DNA of 64,000 bases, taken from NCBI GenBank assembly GCA_001949185.1, contig BDGG01000001.1, positions 6,361,591 through 6,425,590 on the forward strand, in the 5' to 3' direction. The notes under the pieces were generated by a model. It saw only the letters and a list, made by a program, of their open reading frames with translations, searched no databases and was not told where the DNA came from. Both the position numbers and the translations under genes were made by a program. This document shows positions 12,954-24,830 of the stretch, one piece after another (position 1 is the stretch's first letter; every line of letters starts with the position of its first letter). This DNA is from Ramazzottius varieornatus. Lineage: Eukaryota; Animalia; Tardigrada.

Positions 12954-15319
12954 ACTGCGATACGTTCGGTACGCGGTAGAAAAAAAATGTGGGATAGTCC
13001 AGAATTTTACAGATAGTACCCGGGCTCCAGATACACTGCCAGACGACACCTGGCCTATTACGGGAAGTTCGCTGGATGCGTGCGGTTCCATATGCCGATT
13101 CGGACGCATGCATGACGCCATTTTGAAGTTGCCAGACAATCTTGAAGGAAGATACAGTATCTAATCGGATCGGATCATGTAGAAAAACGTTGCTGCCTGC
13201 TGACGAAATGGAAATAATGAGTGCATCAGTCCGCCACCAGACCTATTTCTGAAGGTTTATATTCAGAATTCCCTCTAACTTTCAGGAATTTCTTCAGAAT
13301 ATTCAGAATTCGTTTTATCTACAGTATTCCTTTTTAGGGGTAACCCTTTTATAGGTCTGTCACGATTTCATGGATGTCGCAGATGACGAAGCGTTCTAAA
13401 ACCGCAACATTCTTACTGCAGAAATATGCGCCGCTTGATGCGGGTGACAGAACCTTTTATTGACACACCCTGCTCAACTCGGCACCGCATTCCTGCTAGG
13501 CACAATTTCAGCGACATCCACCACAGGAAAAAACCGGCCATCGATCAGGGATTTCCACGATCCGTGCCTTCGGAATCGTCCCGTGACTAACTGGTTATGC
13601 CATTAAAAGTGGTAACACTTCAACCTGCTTCCCCGTTCCGCCCACTGTCCCTGGCGGGTTAGTGGACGACCGAGCAACGCGGGCGCGAAGCGCTGGAGTG
13701 CGCGCCGGCAGGGGTGCAGCTCCTTGATGTTTGCAGATCAGTGCAGTGAGCTCACTACCCAGCCCGGCACCGCGCCCTCAGTGAAAATGGCGGGTTGGAA
13801 CTTCGAAGAAGTTCGTCTTGAACCTCTCTCTTGTAGCTTCCCCTCGCGTACGGTCCTTTTTGGGCCTAGTTTTTATGGAATAGCTTAATTTTGGTCGTCT
13901 ATCGAAACGAGCTAATTCAGCTGGTACACAAGAAAGAGTCACCGAGGAGCGGCGGTTACTCGCATTAAGCTATATGAAGCCAGATGAAGTATGTCCTATC
14001 GTACGACGTTACGCACTCGCTAGGCCTTCTCAACGGTCAGGACCACCTGTTTGTGTTACGGTTGTACCGTAGTTTTGTCGGATGTCTGTCAGGAACATAC
14101 TACCTATGTATTAATAGTATGGAACAACGAATGGTAGCCTGACGAATTACACCAGGTTATGATCCATCTACGAACCCAGTTTATGATACACTTTTCCTGA
14201 TTGCAAATCTGCAGAGCGAACAATACGCCGATGACAGGTGTACCCCAGTGGAGCGCTGCGTGCAGTGAATCGAAGACTCGTAGGTTTCAAACTGAACATC
14301 TGTACGAGGATTACTTTGAAAAAAAGTAGATTGCCAGTAAACTGCCGTCAGCATGATGTAGGCCAAACGCTGAGTGAAATTCAATCTTTGTAGAGGTACG
14401 CCGCTATTAATGTCAAGACTCTGCCTAGAACCGGAAGAATTTCCTGGTGAGACATTGACAACGACAAACTGCTTTCCATTCCAGTGTACCGCCTAGTTTT
14501 GCTGGATGTTGGCTGGGAGAGGAACCTGCAGTACCAGTCTTTGCATGTTTGTTGCCATCAACGTGAAAAGCCAAGCGGGAATGTCCCGCATATTTCCGAT
14601 AGTGTTCGCACAGCTGAGTTTTGGAGTTTTGAGGCAATCGATCACTGCATCTGGAGGCCGACAGTCAAAGGGTGTATTGCAGTTCGGAAGCTTATTCTTT
14701 GAAGGCTTGCAGTCCCAAGGATTCGTACAGCTAAACTCATCCTTGACTTGTTGCGGAATGGAGCAGTTCCATGGCGATGTGCAGTTCCAAGGATTCGGCT
14801 GAGGAGGTTTGCAGTTGGTTGGATGTCCGCAGTTCCAAACGTTGACAACGTCCTTTGGTGGCATACACAACCACGTGCTCACCTCACACTGCCACGGAGC
14901 ACAGCCGTAAGGGTTCCCACAGGGCCAAGGCTTCGTCTTATCCTCCTTTGCACAATAGTATGGGTTGTTGCACAGGAGCGTGCAAATTTCTTTATCACTG
15001 GACAGTTCCTCTGCCGCCGAACAAGCGCGTTCTGCTGTTGAGGGTTTCGTCGTTGGTGTTGTAGTGGTGGTTCTTGTAGTTGTCGTCGTAGTTGTAGTTG
15101 TAGTTGTACTTGCTGTTGGTGTTGTCGGAGTTGTTGTGGTATAGTCGTCGGGAAACAGAGGGGATATGTCAATGACTGGCGCCGGGTGGGTCTCCAGGTG
15201 CAACGGACCAATCCCCGGGTCCGTCACTGGTTTTGGACCCCAGTTTGCCGAACTTATTGGAGTATTTGGTCCCGTTACAGGAGCAAGTTATAAGATTTCT
15301 CTCCGCCTTGTTTGGTATA

Positions 15320-15814
15320 CGAGGTAAAGGACATGGAGTTTTCCAGTGAGAATTTCGGACATGAAAATTTCCAGGTTGTTTTAACGTAGCTGCTGGTCAG
15401 ATTGCGTCGTACGGTAAGTCAGTCAATAGAGAAAGTCTTTCTGATCATAGCCAAGCCGTCTTCCGAGTCATTTGACGGTGCAAAGGTGAGAAAGGAAGGT
15501 CTGCAGGAGACAGGGTAAAATCCAATGTTAAAGAGCCTGGACAAGAAATAAAACGTAGGCCTGAAGAGGCGCTTGTGTAGTCTTTTACGGAGACTTACGC
15601 CAAGACGTCACACCTCCGTTCTTGTCAACTCCTAAGATAACATAAGTGATTAATGGATGCTCTACAAAGCCTCTGACGCATTTCCGACGCACATTCTAGT
15701 CTGTAAGACGTCACGTGACAAAACAGTCAGATATTGTGGTGCCACCCTACACCGCAGTTTGGAAATTTCCATGTCCCAAGTTTCCACTGGAAAACTCCAT
15801 GTCCTTTACTTCGT
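15320..15814. mobile_element. Tc1/mariner-type MITE inserted in a coding exon
   Basis: TA TSD (15318-19, 15815-16). ~55-bp imperfect TIR CGAGGTAAAGGACATGGAGTTTTCCAGTG / CACTGGAAAACTCCATGTCCTTTTACTTCG. Removing it restores the reading frame. Confidence 0.85.
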
Positions 15815-16274
15815 ACCGCAATCATTATTCAGGTAGTCAGGGGAGTTAACCCAACACCCTCTTTGGATCCCAATTGCTGCGAATAGAAGAAGTATTGGGT
15901 AAAATCCACAGTACGGTAGCGAACGGAGAGAACAGACGAGCACATAGCAAACCTTTGGATCTCGTTGTCCCGTCTTCGTACAGCATTCCGACGAAACAAG
16001 CCACATAATTTTTGCGATAATAGGCCGTATACTGCGGACACTGCTTTCTGAAGCCGGCTGCGTCCAGCGCAGTGGTGTTAGTGGACCAGCAGTAACTACT
16101 ATTTCGGCTTTTGAGGTCCATCTGCACAAGGTCCTCTTTTTGGGGATCATATGTAGCACAAATGTAGCAGTACGGCGCGTCCCGTGGATCCTCTAAAACC
16201 GCCAGAGCTTAGTACCACGCGCAGAACGCACCGCGGCATGTGGTGCACTTACAGTAGTTTAAATAGTGACGTTA

Positions 16275-18204
16275 CAGTCCACTCGTTCGAAACGTACTCC
16301 TATTTTTTCGATTTCAAGGCCGTAAATTCAGCCAAAACACAGAAGGGCCTGCCGTTGGTGACCGAAAATTGCTGTCAAACCATTGATTGCTTGTTCACGG
16401 ACAGCAGCAACCTGGTGCGCAAATTTTATGCACGTTCCGTCGGTCATGTAGCGTTTGAAAGAATTTAAGCAACGTTTTCGTCTCCTCCCATTATCTTGGG
16501 AAGGTTTTCAAGGACGAATTTCAGAACGGATTAAGGCTTCGTTCGACAGAAGGGAATCCTGATGGAGCGTATCCTACGGATAAACAGCGAACAGCGAAAG
16601 CTACTTCCGGTGAAGATCTGCGACCGCTGTATCCTTCCATCCCGAGAACTTGACTTACTTACGACCGAGATGGCGTCTGTTTCTGCTCCAACCATCGGAT
16701 CGAATGTTGATCGTCGAGGAAGGACCCACGATAGACCAACGTTGGAGGAAGAGCGGAACATATTGGAACTGTACCCGTCACAGGTAAAACCGTCCACTCT
16801 TGCACGATTATCTTGAGTTGCGCACCACACCAGCCAATAATAGTGAAAACGTGCGTCAACGTGAAAATGGATGTTCCACGTTCTGTTTGCAAAGTTCCCA
16901 AATCCTATTCGACATTTCTTTGTGGTTGGAAAGGAAGGAAGTTATGGCGATGTTCAATATCCGTTCCGTACGGACGATTTCGAACATGAACAAGCAGCGG
17001 GAGAAGATCCTCGCTCTACTTGAGAATACCCCTGGGAAAAGCTTTGTATCCAGAAAACGGAAGTTCGATATCGTTGCAAACGCAGCGATGAAGTACCATG
17101 AAGATTCTGTACAGAAGGGATTCCCTGTTTCTTTCACGGATCTCCAGGAAGAATCCAAGCTTCTGGCGAACAACTTGAAAGTACAGAACTCCTGTGGCAG
17201 TGCTGGATGGGTTGCTAACGTTCTCAAAAGCAATCAGTCGCAGACGGTGGGTCTACAAGGTAAGACTTTACTACAATTGGTAAGATGTCTGATGCTTAGT
17301 CTGAGTTATTAATCAGGGTATACTTGTAGGGGGAGAAATGGGGAGCGATCCGGAAGTTACAGAGAAGTGGATAACCGAAGATTTGCCGCAGATTCTTCAA
17401 GGATATAAGAACGCCGACATCTTTAACTGCGATGAAACTGGAAGCTATCTTCGCTCTACGCCACGAAAACACTTCTAAAGGTTGGACAAAGGATGAAAGG
17501 GTCGAAGAAAGCTACGGAGCGTATCTCGGTGATGTTCTGCTGCAGTGCTTCAGGAGAAAACATTCCTCCCCTTGTCATTGGTCGATCCAAGAAGCCGCGA
17601 GCTTTTACAAAAGCTGAGCTTGATTTTAAGAAGGCAGGCTTCACCTGGGCGAACAACACGAAAGCTTGGATGACGAAAGCGGTTTTCACTCCTTGGTTGA
17701 AGGAGCTGAACGAAAGAATGGAGAAGCAAAATTGTAAAATTTTACTCCTGTTGGACAACGCATCAGGACACAACGTCGATAGTCTGTCTCATGTGAGGCT
17801 CGTTTTCCTACCTCCGAACCAAACCAGTAGGATCCAACCGTTGGACCAGGGCATCATCAAGGCTTTCCAGGCACATGAAAGCGCTCTCAAGGCCGAGCAT
17901 CGGCGAGAAAACCGAAAGAACTTCCAGAATCTCGTTGAATACAAGAAGTCACTAACTGTTCTCCATTCGGTTAAGTGGATAATGAAGGGATGGTCTGAAG
18001 TTGACAGTAGGACCATTCGAAATTGTTTCCGAAAATCTGGCGCCTTCCAGATGGTGGAAAATAAGTAGTTGTTTTCTTTTAGAATTGACTGCGGGCAGTC
18101 TCTGACGTCACTTCCTTCTGTTTTTGGCAAGCTCGTCGATAAAGATTTGGCTGGTGGCAAATAGAAATCGAAAAAATAGGAGTACATTTCGAACGAGTGG
18201 ACTG
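16275..18204 (+). mobile_element. Tigger/pogo (Tc1/mariner superfamily) DNA transposon in intron 1 of gene B
   Basis: 41-bp TIR CAGTCCACTCGTTCGAAAYGTACTCCTATTTTTTCGATTTC (1 mismatch) flanked by a TA TSD. Confidence 0.95.
16669..18068 (+). pseudogene. Tigger/pogo transposase (CENP-B-like HTH + DDE_1), two introns, one frameshift
   Basis: Motifs SAGWVANV, IFNCDETG, LLLLDNASGH, LPPNQTSRIQPLDQGII. GT-AG introns at ~16783 and ~17259. Frameshift at ~17466 (ccacgaaaacac). Confidence 0.88.
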
Positions 18205-19204
18205 TAGTACGCATTTACTGCACACTGTACGGTCGGTGTAGTTTCCTGGCACTGATCATGAGACCTAAATAAACGCACCGTGCGCCATTAGTGAAAGAAC
18301 AACAGGTACCAGCGCCAATAACTGCAGAACAATGCCGATCATCCTGGTCCACATCCTGGAAGTTTTACTATCACATCCACAACGGGAAATGTGATACTGC
18401 AGTCCGCTGTGCGGTTTCAGATTTATTCAGCTTCCAAACGGAACAGATCTACTAAAGCGAACGCTCTCAAATTAGTCGACGGTATGTAGTTATGGCCTAT
18501 TACTGTAGTAGACAAGTGACAGATTAATTACTACAGTCAATCTCATCAGCGACCCAGATATGGTCATCAGGATAATACAGTCAAAGGGAAGCTGATGGAC
18601 ACAGTGCCGAAAACTATTCAAAAATACGTCCTTTTCAGGATTTGGAGTAGCACGAATACAAAAGACTGGTTGCCTAGACAGAGCCTTCGGATCCCTGTTG
18701 TGGAGCATATCGACCACACTGTAAATGATAAACTCGACCGAAATCTCTTTTGCAGAACCGATAAACCAACATCGAGGACTGAACGTTGCATATGAATTGC
18801 TTGGCCATTCTATTTATCCGCTCCTGCATCAGCCGGTAAGCTCGAGTCGGTGGAAATAACAAGGGTGTGTCCAGCTGCAATGTGAGCCAACGCTAATTGT
18901 TGGTCGAAATTCTATAATGTAATCAGAGGTGACCGAAAGTAACCCGAAGTTAAGTAGTCGATTCCCGGCCCTAGATAAGATTCCGTAAGAACTGGAAGAC
19001 CACGGCTTCTGCCAGCTGACATGCACGCAGATGAAGCAATGGCGAATGGCTATACTCTGCGTGTTGTTAGATAGTACACGGAAGGCGTGGTCTCGGCTGT
19101 GAACACTTCTTATGAAATCTTATCCGAGGCCGGGGATCACGTCTTGTAACTTCGAATTAGTTTTTGACACCACTAAATGTAGTACGGTGTATGAGACTTT
19201 TTTG

Positions 19205-19460
19205 GTTCTCTGCCTAGACTTGACTTGGCTAAAGCTTGGCTAGAGCCATTGGCTACGTTTGAAGTTCAGTAACCAGAAGGTCACTTTGGCTACGTTTCCC
19301 GGTAAGTGGCCAACTGACTACTTTACAGTGATATAGTAGCCAAAGTCTCCTTCTGGCTGATTCACAAGTAGCCAATTGGTTACATTTTGACTAGCCATGG
19401 CTACTTCAAAAGTAGCCATTGGCGTTAGCCAAACATTGGCCAACTGCAACAACACTGGGA
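19205..19460. repeat. Cluster of TAGCCA/TGGCTA short repeats, probable MITE remnant
   Basis: More than 10 copies of tggcta/tagcca/tggcca in both orientations. Ends in ...caacaacactg (a CAG-type terminus on the minus strand). Confidence 0.5.
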
Positions 19461-19600
19461 CAAGGCCTGCAGCATGAAAGCGTATTGCGCGTTCCCATTC
19501 GCGGAACTGAACTAGTGCTGACGAAAGCGAACTAATCGGGACTCCTACTATCACTTTTCACGACTGCTAACAAAACCCACTCTACACAAACCGGCACAGA

Positions 19601-20652
19601 TTAGCTATTGCACCAGACGGAAAGAAGAGGCATGGTTATCAGAAAAACATGAGCTACGCCATCAAAGAAATCTAGGCTTCGGACGGGTGTACTGCCGTTG
19701 ATGGCCGAGGTATCGCCTATCCCACCCGCGTTCCCTGGCTGTGAGACGTTGACCACGACATACTGCTGTCCGTTCCAGTTTACGCTTTGATTTTGCATGA
19801 CGCTGGGAACAGCTGCTCCAGGCGCGGCCTTACGCGCGTTCATCATCATTATCATGAGAAACCATGTGGGTATTTGTTGTATGGTTGCGACAGTGTTCGC
19901 ACAAGTGGGCTGTGGGTTCTTGATACAATCCATAATGGCCGGCGGTGGTTGGCACTCGTACGGTTTATTGCAGTTGTAGATATTATTCGGTTCTGCCTTG
20001 CAGTCCCAAGGGTTGGTGCAACCCCAAATTTTTTTCACCTGTTCTGGGACGACACAGTCCCACGGCGTCCCACAGTTCTAGGGATTCGGCCCGGGAGGCT
20101 TGCACTTGACCGCATCCTCACAGTTCCAGACATTAAGGATAGGCGCTGGTGGTCCGCACCTCCAAACGTTCGCCTCACATGGCCACAGACCACACCCGTA
20201 TGGGTTCCCACACGGCCAGGGCTTTGCTTTGTCCTGCTTGGGACAACAGTATGGGTTGTTGCATCGACTCGAGCACATGTCAGGTAGCACATCTGTTTCG
20301 GATTCCCTCGTAGGCTCCGTCGGCGGTACTGTCGTTTGTCGTGGAGTTGTTGAGATGTCTACGATGTCGTCGATCATGACATTAATGGTACTACTGGACT
20401 TTGGAGGGTCGTCCGCGCAGGCGAACGTAACAGTTCCTGCAACAGTAAATGTCAACAAATTATTCCAACCGTGTAGTGACCTGCGATGTTGCGAGCTTGA
20501 GCAACCTTGCGTTCCTCCAATAGAAATTAGAAACAAGAAACTTTGACATCGCGAAAGGGCAACGCGCATGGGACAATCTCAGACTTACCAATAAGGTATG
20601 CTATCCCGAGAGTTTGCCAGGAAAAACGGAGCAAAAAATAATATCGTCTCAT
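19601..20652 (-). CDS. Gene C: secreted/GPI-type Cys-Trp-Pro repeat protein with a single in-frame TAG
   Basis: Signal exon MRRYYFLLRFSWQTLGIAYLI|G. Clear paralog of 14493-15227. TAG at 20078-20080 where the paralog has Trp; the frame is open on both sides. Hydrophobic C-terminus VAHVFLITMPLLSVWCNS. Confidence 0.75.
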
Positions 20653-21331
20653 AATCGCCTAGTTTCTGATAAGGTGTTCGGCAAAGGTTTTTAGCGGTCA
20701 AGCACAATCCAACAGAAATGCCTGTTCGCAAAGTCAATGAGTACGCAGTTACTAGTCCATTACAGTTTCAGGAACGACCGGATATCCGGACTTACTGGTA
20801 TTACAAATACGTAAAAGTTCCACCGCCCTTATGATGGGTCTTGTCAGCACAATCCATCTCTTGCTGGATTGTATCGTTCCATGTTACGCTTCCTGCGGAG
20901 CTCGTTGCCAGGTTTACACTCTTCCAAGCTTAATGTCACTAGATTTTGGAAGTATTCGAGCAAATGAGCAGCCTAATTCTGGATTTGGCTCCGCACACCG
21001 TGACGTTCGGCAAATCTAAGTGAATCAACTTATCAGTGGTCTGCAATGACGTCAGGCTACATGGCGTGAAAGCCCGGCTGACCACAGGGAGCAACAGCAC
21101 ATCACGGTTTCTAAGTCATGTTTGAACGGAACCGTACGTCCCAATAGAGACCAACCATGGTTCGGTTGATCGACCAGCTGATTGATTCACCGCCTTCGAT
21201 CCAAAGATTTCTGCGAACAATTTTCCAACTTTTCTTCCCAATCGCATCTCTTCCTGCTGTAAACAGCGTTGAGCGAAGATGTTCCTTAGGCTTTGAACTG
21301 TTGGAATACTTAGCCGTCTAGTTAGGTGAAG

Positions 21332-21939
21332 ATGTCGCTAATCCAGAAGACCCTCAACCTGTTCCGTGCCATTAAGCAGAACGGTGGCATCCTTTCCTCC
21401 CTGAAGACACTCTACGTGACGGATGACTTGAAGTGGGGCACGCATGTTGGAACGGACAAATACGGCAACAAATACTACGAGAACAACTATTACTTCCTTT
21501 GTAGGTCCAATGGTCGAACCGTGTGCTCCGAAAAAACCTGACCCATAACACTTGCACTGTTTCATAGCGAGGAATCGATGGGTCATCTACAATCCCGATT
21601 TCCACCTGGACTACGACGGCAGCCAAATTCCTCCCGAATGGTAAAATCTTCTTTGTCCACCTCTCTCATTATCTCAAAGTATTTCTGGAACTATGTAGGC
21701 ACATGTGGATGCATTATACAACGGACAAGCCACCAACAGTCAAGCCCCCTGTGAACTACAAGTGGATGGTGCCCCATCAGGAGAACAAGAGTGGCAGCAG
21801 TGAAATGTATTACCCATACAGCACCACCAGAACGAAGATCGAAAGCTGGCAGCCCGCGCACCTTCGAACGGCAGATACGGAAGAACAGAACCCTAAATTG
21901 TTTAATATCCCACAGAACAATCGAATAGGCGTGCAATAG
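21332..21939 (+). CDS. NDUFA12: NADH:ubiquinone oxidoreductase subunit A12, 3 exons
   Basis: Motifs GTHVGTDKYGNKYYEN, RNRWVIY, DGSQIPPEW, WMHYTTDKPP, YYPYSTTRTKIESWQP. Confidence 0.95.
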
Positions 21940-22023
21940 CAGAATCACTGAATTTACCGAAAAGAAAAGACAGTTTATTTGATTTCAGTGTACATTTTTG
22001 GAGCTTGATAATCCAAACTCGAC

Positions 22024-22172
22024 CAGATCGTTTCCCAAGCGACGCACACTTCCAGCTAATAACGCTGAAAAAGTGCGCCACTTGGACAGACCCGACAAGG
22101 TTAACTTTCCGAGCGGCGCATGTTTTCAGTGTGGTTGGCTGGAAGCGTGCCCTACTTGGAACAACGATCTTG
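22024..22172. repeat. Dimeric copy of the dispersed palindromic repeat family (CAAGTGGCGCAC core)
   Basis: Two head-to-head hairpin units bounded by cagatcgtt / aacgatcttg. Confidence 0.75.
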
Positions 22173-22430
22173 GCAAATTCGTTTGCCTTTGCTGCATTTT
22201 ATTCCTCTGCTGTTTTGTGTCGTCTTTGAGTAGCGTGAAATGTTCATTTACAAGTTTAAAGGAAGTCATTTGGATGTAATACTTTGAAAGAAAGCAGCGA
22301 ATAATCTACAAAGAGTAGAAACTCTTTCGGTTAGTAACACTTCCGCAGGTTCGCAAAAGTAGAAGGTGGGAGTTGAAACAACAAACGTCATAAACTTGGA
22401 GCCAAAGAGCCCATTTCAAGCCAACGGAAA

Positions 22431-24154
22431 CTAGTCAGGCGATTCTAAAGGAAGACAAGGGGCTACAACGACGGTAGTCTGAGCAAACTTTGCATACTTG
22501 ACCGGGTCCATCTTTCTTTCCCATACGGTGGCTTCGTTCATCAAAGCTGATTCATCGTCGGGATTAACTGGTCGTTTATTGGAATCTGGACCAATCTTGA
22601 TGTTACCGTACTCCCGAAGACAAGGACAGCTTGCCAGGAGCGACTGACAGAAGTCCTTTCGGATACCGAAGAAACCCGCTGAAAAGAACATGGTTGAAAC
22701 TTGCGGTGCAAAAAATATTCCTCATAGGTTTATCGACGGACTTACACTTATTGCCACCGCGGCTACCGCAAGCCATGAACATCAAGTTTGTGAGAGCGAC
22801 TAGCAGAGGAACTGTGAAGTAAAACTTTGTTATCAGCAATACGGGCAAAAAAACTATGCTTTCCACTGTAAAAATACTAAGTGAAATCTTTACCGGAACA
22901 GATGAGGAAGCTGATGTGCGCGAGGCCATCAAGACGGTACACGAAGAGAACCTGAAATAACACGAAAATTAACTAGGACATCAACAGCCAAAAACAGAAT
23001 GCTTTCGTTCGATATGGGAGAACAACAAGATCAAAAATTTAGATATTTTCAAATCATTCACTCGACTCCTGACGCTTCTCTCTAGTCTTCGCACCTCGGA
23101 AGCCAGGAGCGGAAGCACCACAATCGTGGACGTGAAAGCGGAACGGAGAGCAATCCAGCGTTGCTCTTGAGCGATATGGTGAGTCGATCGCATGACGAGA
23201 CAGGCGAAAATGATGGAGTAGACAACTCCAATCACGAAGAACCCCATTAATATCCATAACGGGATGAAAACAACCTGGACCACAGACAATCTTACGTTCC
23301 TATAATATTACTGGAATCTTCAAGCTTCCACTTACGCCCCAGCTCCACGTGATGATCTCGTCGAGACGAAGTGCAAGGAAGATGAACTGGACCAGGTTGG
23401 CTGCGCAAAACATTTCCAGCTGCAATATACAGAGTGGAATCAATCATGGCTGAAGGTAAAATGAAGGTCGGATGAGTACCTCGAAGGGTCTTTCGCGTTT
23501 GACAGACCATATGCAGACGAAGAAGGATAGAAGAGATACAAAATTTAGAGGAAGAAAGACGAGGATCCACCGATGCGTCGGTTGGACTAGCTGCTCGCAA
23601 GCGAAGAGCTCAAACAAAAACAAAAAGCAATGCACCGTGACTGTCAGCCACATGGCTCGGAACTGTGAAACTCCTTCCGCATCCATCCTGGAGAAAAGAA
23701 CAGACCATGAATGCGCGTATGATAGCAATGCCGAACAGTAAATCACCGGAAGTACGCAGGTACGCGTCTGGCGATCGCGTACAAGCATGCAGGTGTCCGG
23801 GCGAAACATCTCGAAAAGCAGTACGCAGGTGCATGTCTCAGAGAAGAGTCTTACCGCGACTGTGGATTCTTCAGCCATACGAACGTTCCGATGGCTGCGC
23901 CCAGGAATACCAAAATCTTCCAGCTCCATATTGGGAGGAAGACGATCCACCAACTCCACTGGATTGTTTCGTCGAGTCGAAGGGAGAAGAAAAAGACGAA
24001 GAAAAACAGGGACAGATGGACGATGAATTTACTGCAAACAAAGAAAGCAGCTTGGTTTCTGTAAACTGTGTAAAGCTTAGTGCTCTCTCGGAAACAAAAA
24101 ACACTTGTCCGCTTACCTATGGTTAAAATCATCAAACAGTCTCGGTAACTCCAT
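22431..24154 (-). CDS. TMEM185: Transmembrane protein 185 (Fragile-X-F associated family), multi-exon
   Basis: MELPRLFDDFNHSKFIVH, LRLDETIQWSWWIVFLPIW, GGNKWFFGIRKDFCQ-like segment, C-terminal ESPD. Confidence 0.9.
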
Positions 24155-24830
24155 GCCAGACGACGTGGACCATGCGGTCAGAGCGGGAGAATCCAGATGT
24201 GGACGGAACTTGGAAGCAACTATGCATGCGCAAGTTGAGCCGAAATGAAGAAACGCAACATGATCATCGTTCTTATCCCCTCTCCCCTGTCAGCAGTGAG
24301 CTTCGTTCTCACTCACCCACCACAGGCAGTTGAGAACAGCCTCATAAACCTTGATGTTCGAACTTTGACATACTTCTGGACGTAGAAGGGATCATGGGAA
24401 GAAAGTTCAGGAAACAAAGATCGCGATCCTCGAAGAAACTGGACAGCTCGCGCACGTGAGAAGTTTCCGAAGTGCGAAGAATAGGTAGGCTCGATTAAAG
24501 TCATCTGGTACGCCTAACGTCATGCACGATATAGCTGGGTACGAGATATATTTTGCGTCATCCGTTTTGGCTCGTGCCGTCACTTGTTATGTCTTTACAC
24601 CGGAAACTCAAGACTACATGTTAAGCTGAGTACTATCGATTGATTGTGGTTGAGTAGACGGAAGACAAAGTCTGAACCTTTTTAACTTCAGAATCCGAAT
24701 TAACCGAGCAGCCCAGTATTGATTGTCAATCAATTCAGCAGTGCTCGGTTTAGCAGCTCATCAGTCACGATCAGTGATTCGAAATTCGTCTTTGTGAGAG
24801 AAGTGCAGAAGAATCTCTCGGAGCATCTCT

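Larger units (their letters stand above)
14181..18354 (-). pseudogene. Gene B: signal peptide + Ly6-like domain + Thr stalk + Cys-Trp-Pro repeat domain, disrupted
   Basis: Signal exon MWTRMIGIVLQLLALVPVVLSLMAH (18354-18279) splices to EDPRDAPYCYIC (16192). Lesions: frameshift in a C4/A6 run (~16140), MITE at 15320-15814, in-frame TAG at 14493-14495 with homology to gene C continuing beyond it. Confidence 0.75.

Noticed and set aside
13678-13710. GC-rich gcgcgaagcgc hairpin resembling a Helitron 3' end
   Set aside because: No adjacent CTRR terminus or other element features.
15045-15140. (GTA/GTT)n microsatellite
   Set aside because: It is the antisense of Thr codons in the mucin-like stalk of gene B.
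14493-20080. Stop-codon reassignment (TAG read as sense) as the explanation for the in-frame TAGs
   Set aside because: The TAGs replace different residues (Trp, Gln), TAG terminates normal genes here (NDUFA12, TMEM185, REXO1, POLR2L), and gene B has other lesions.
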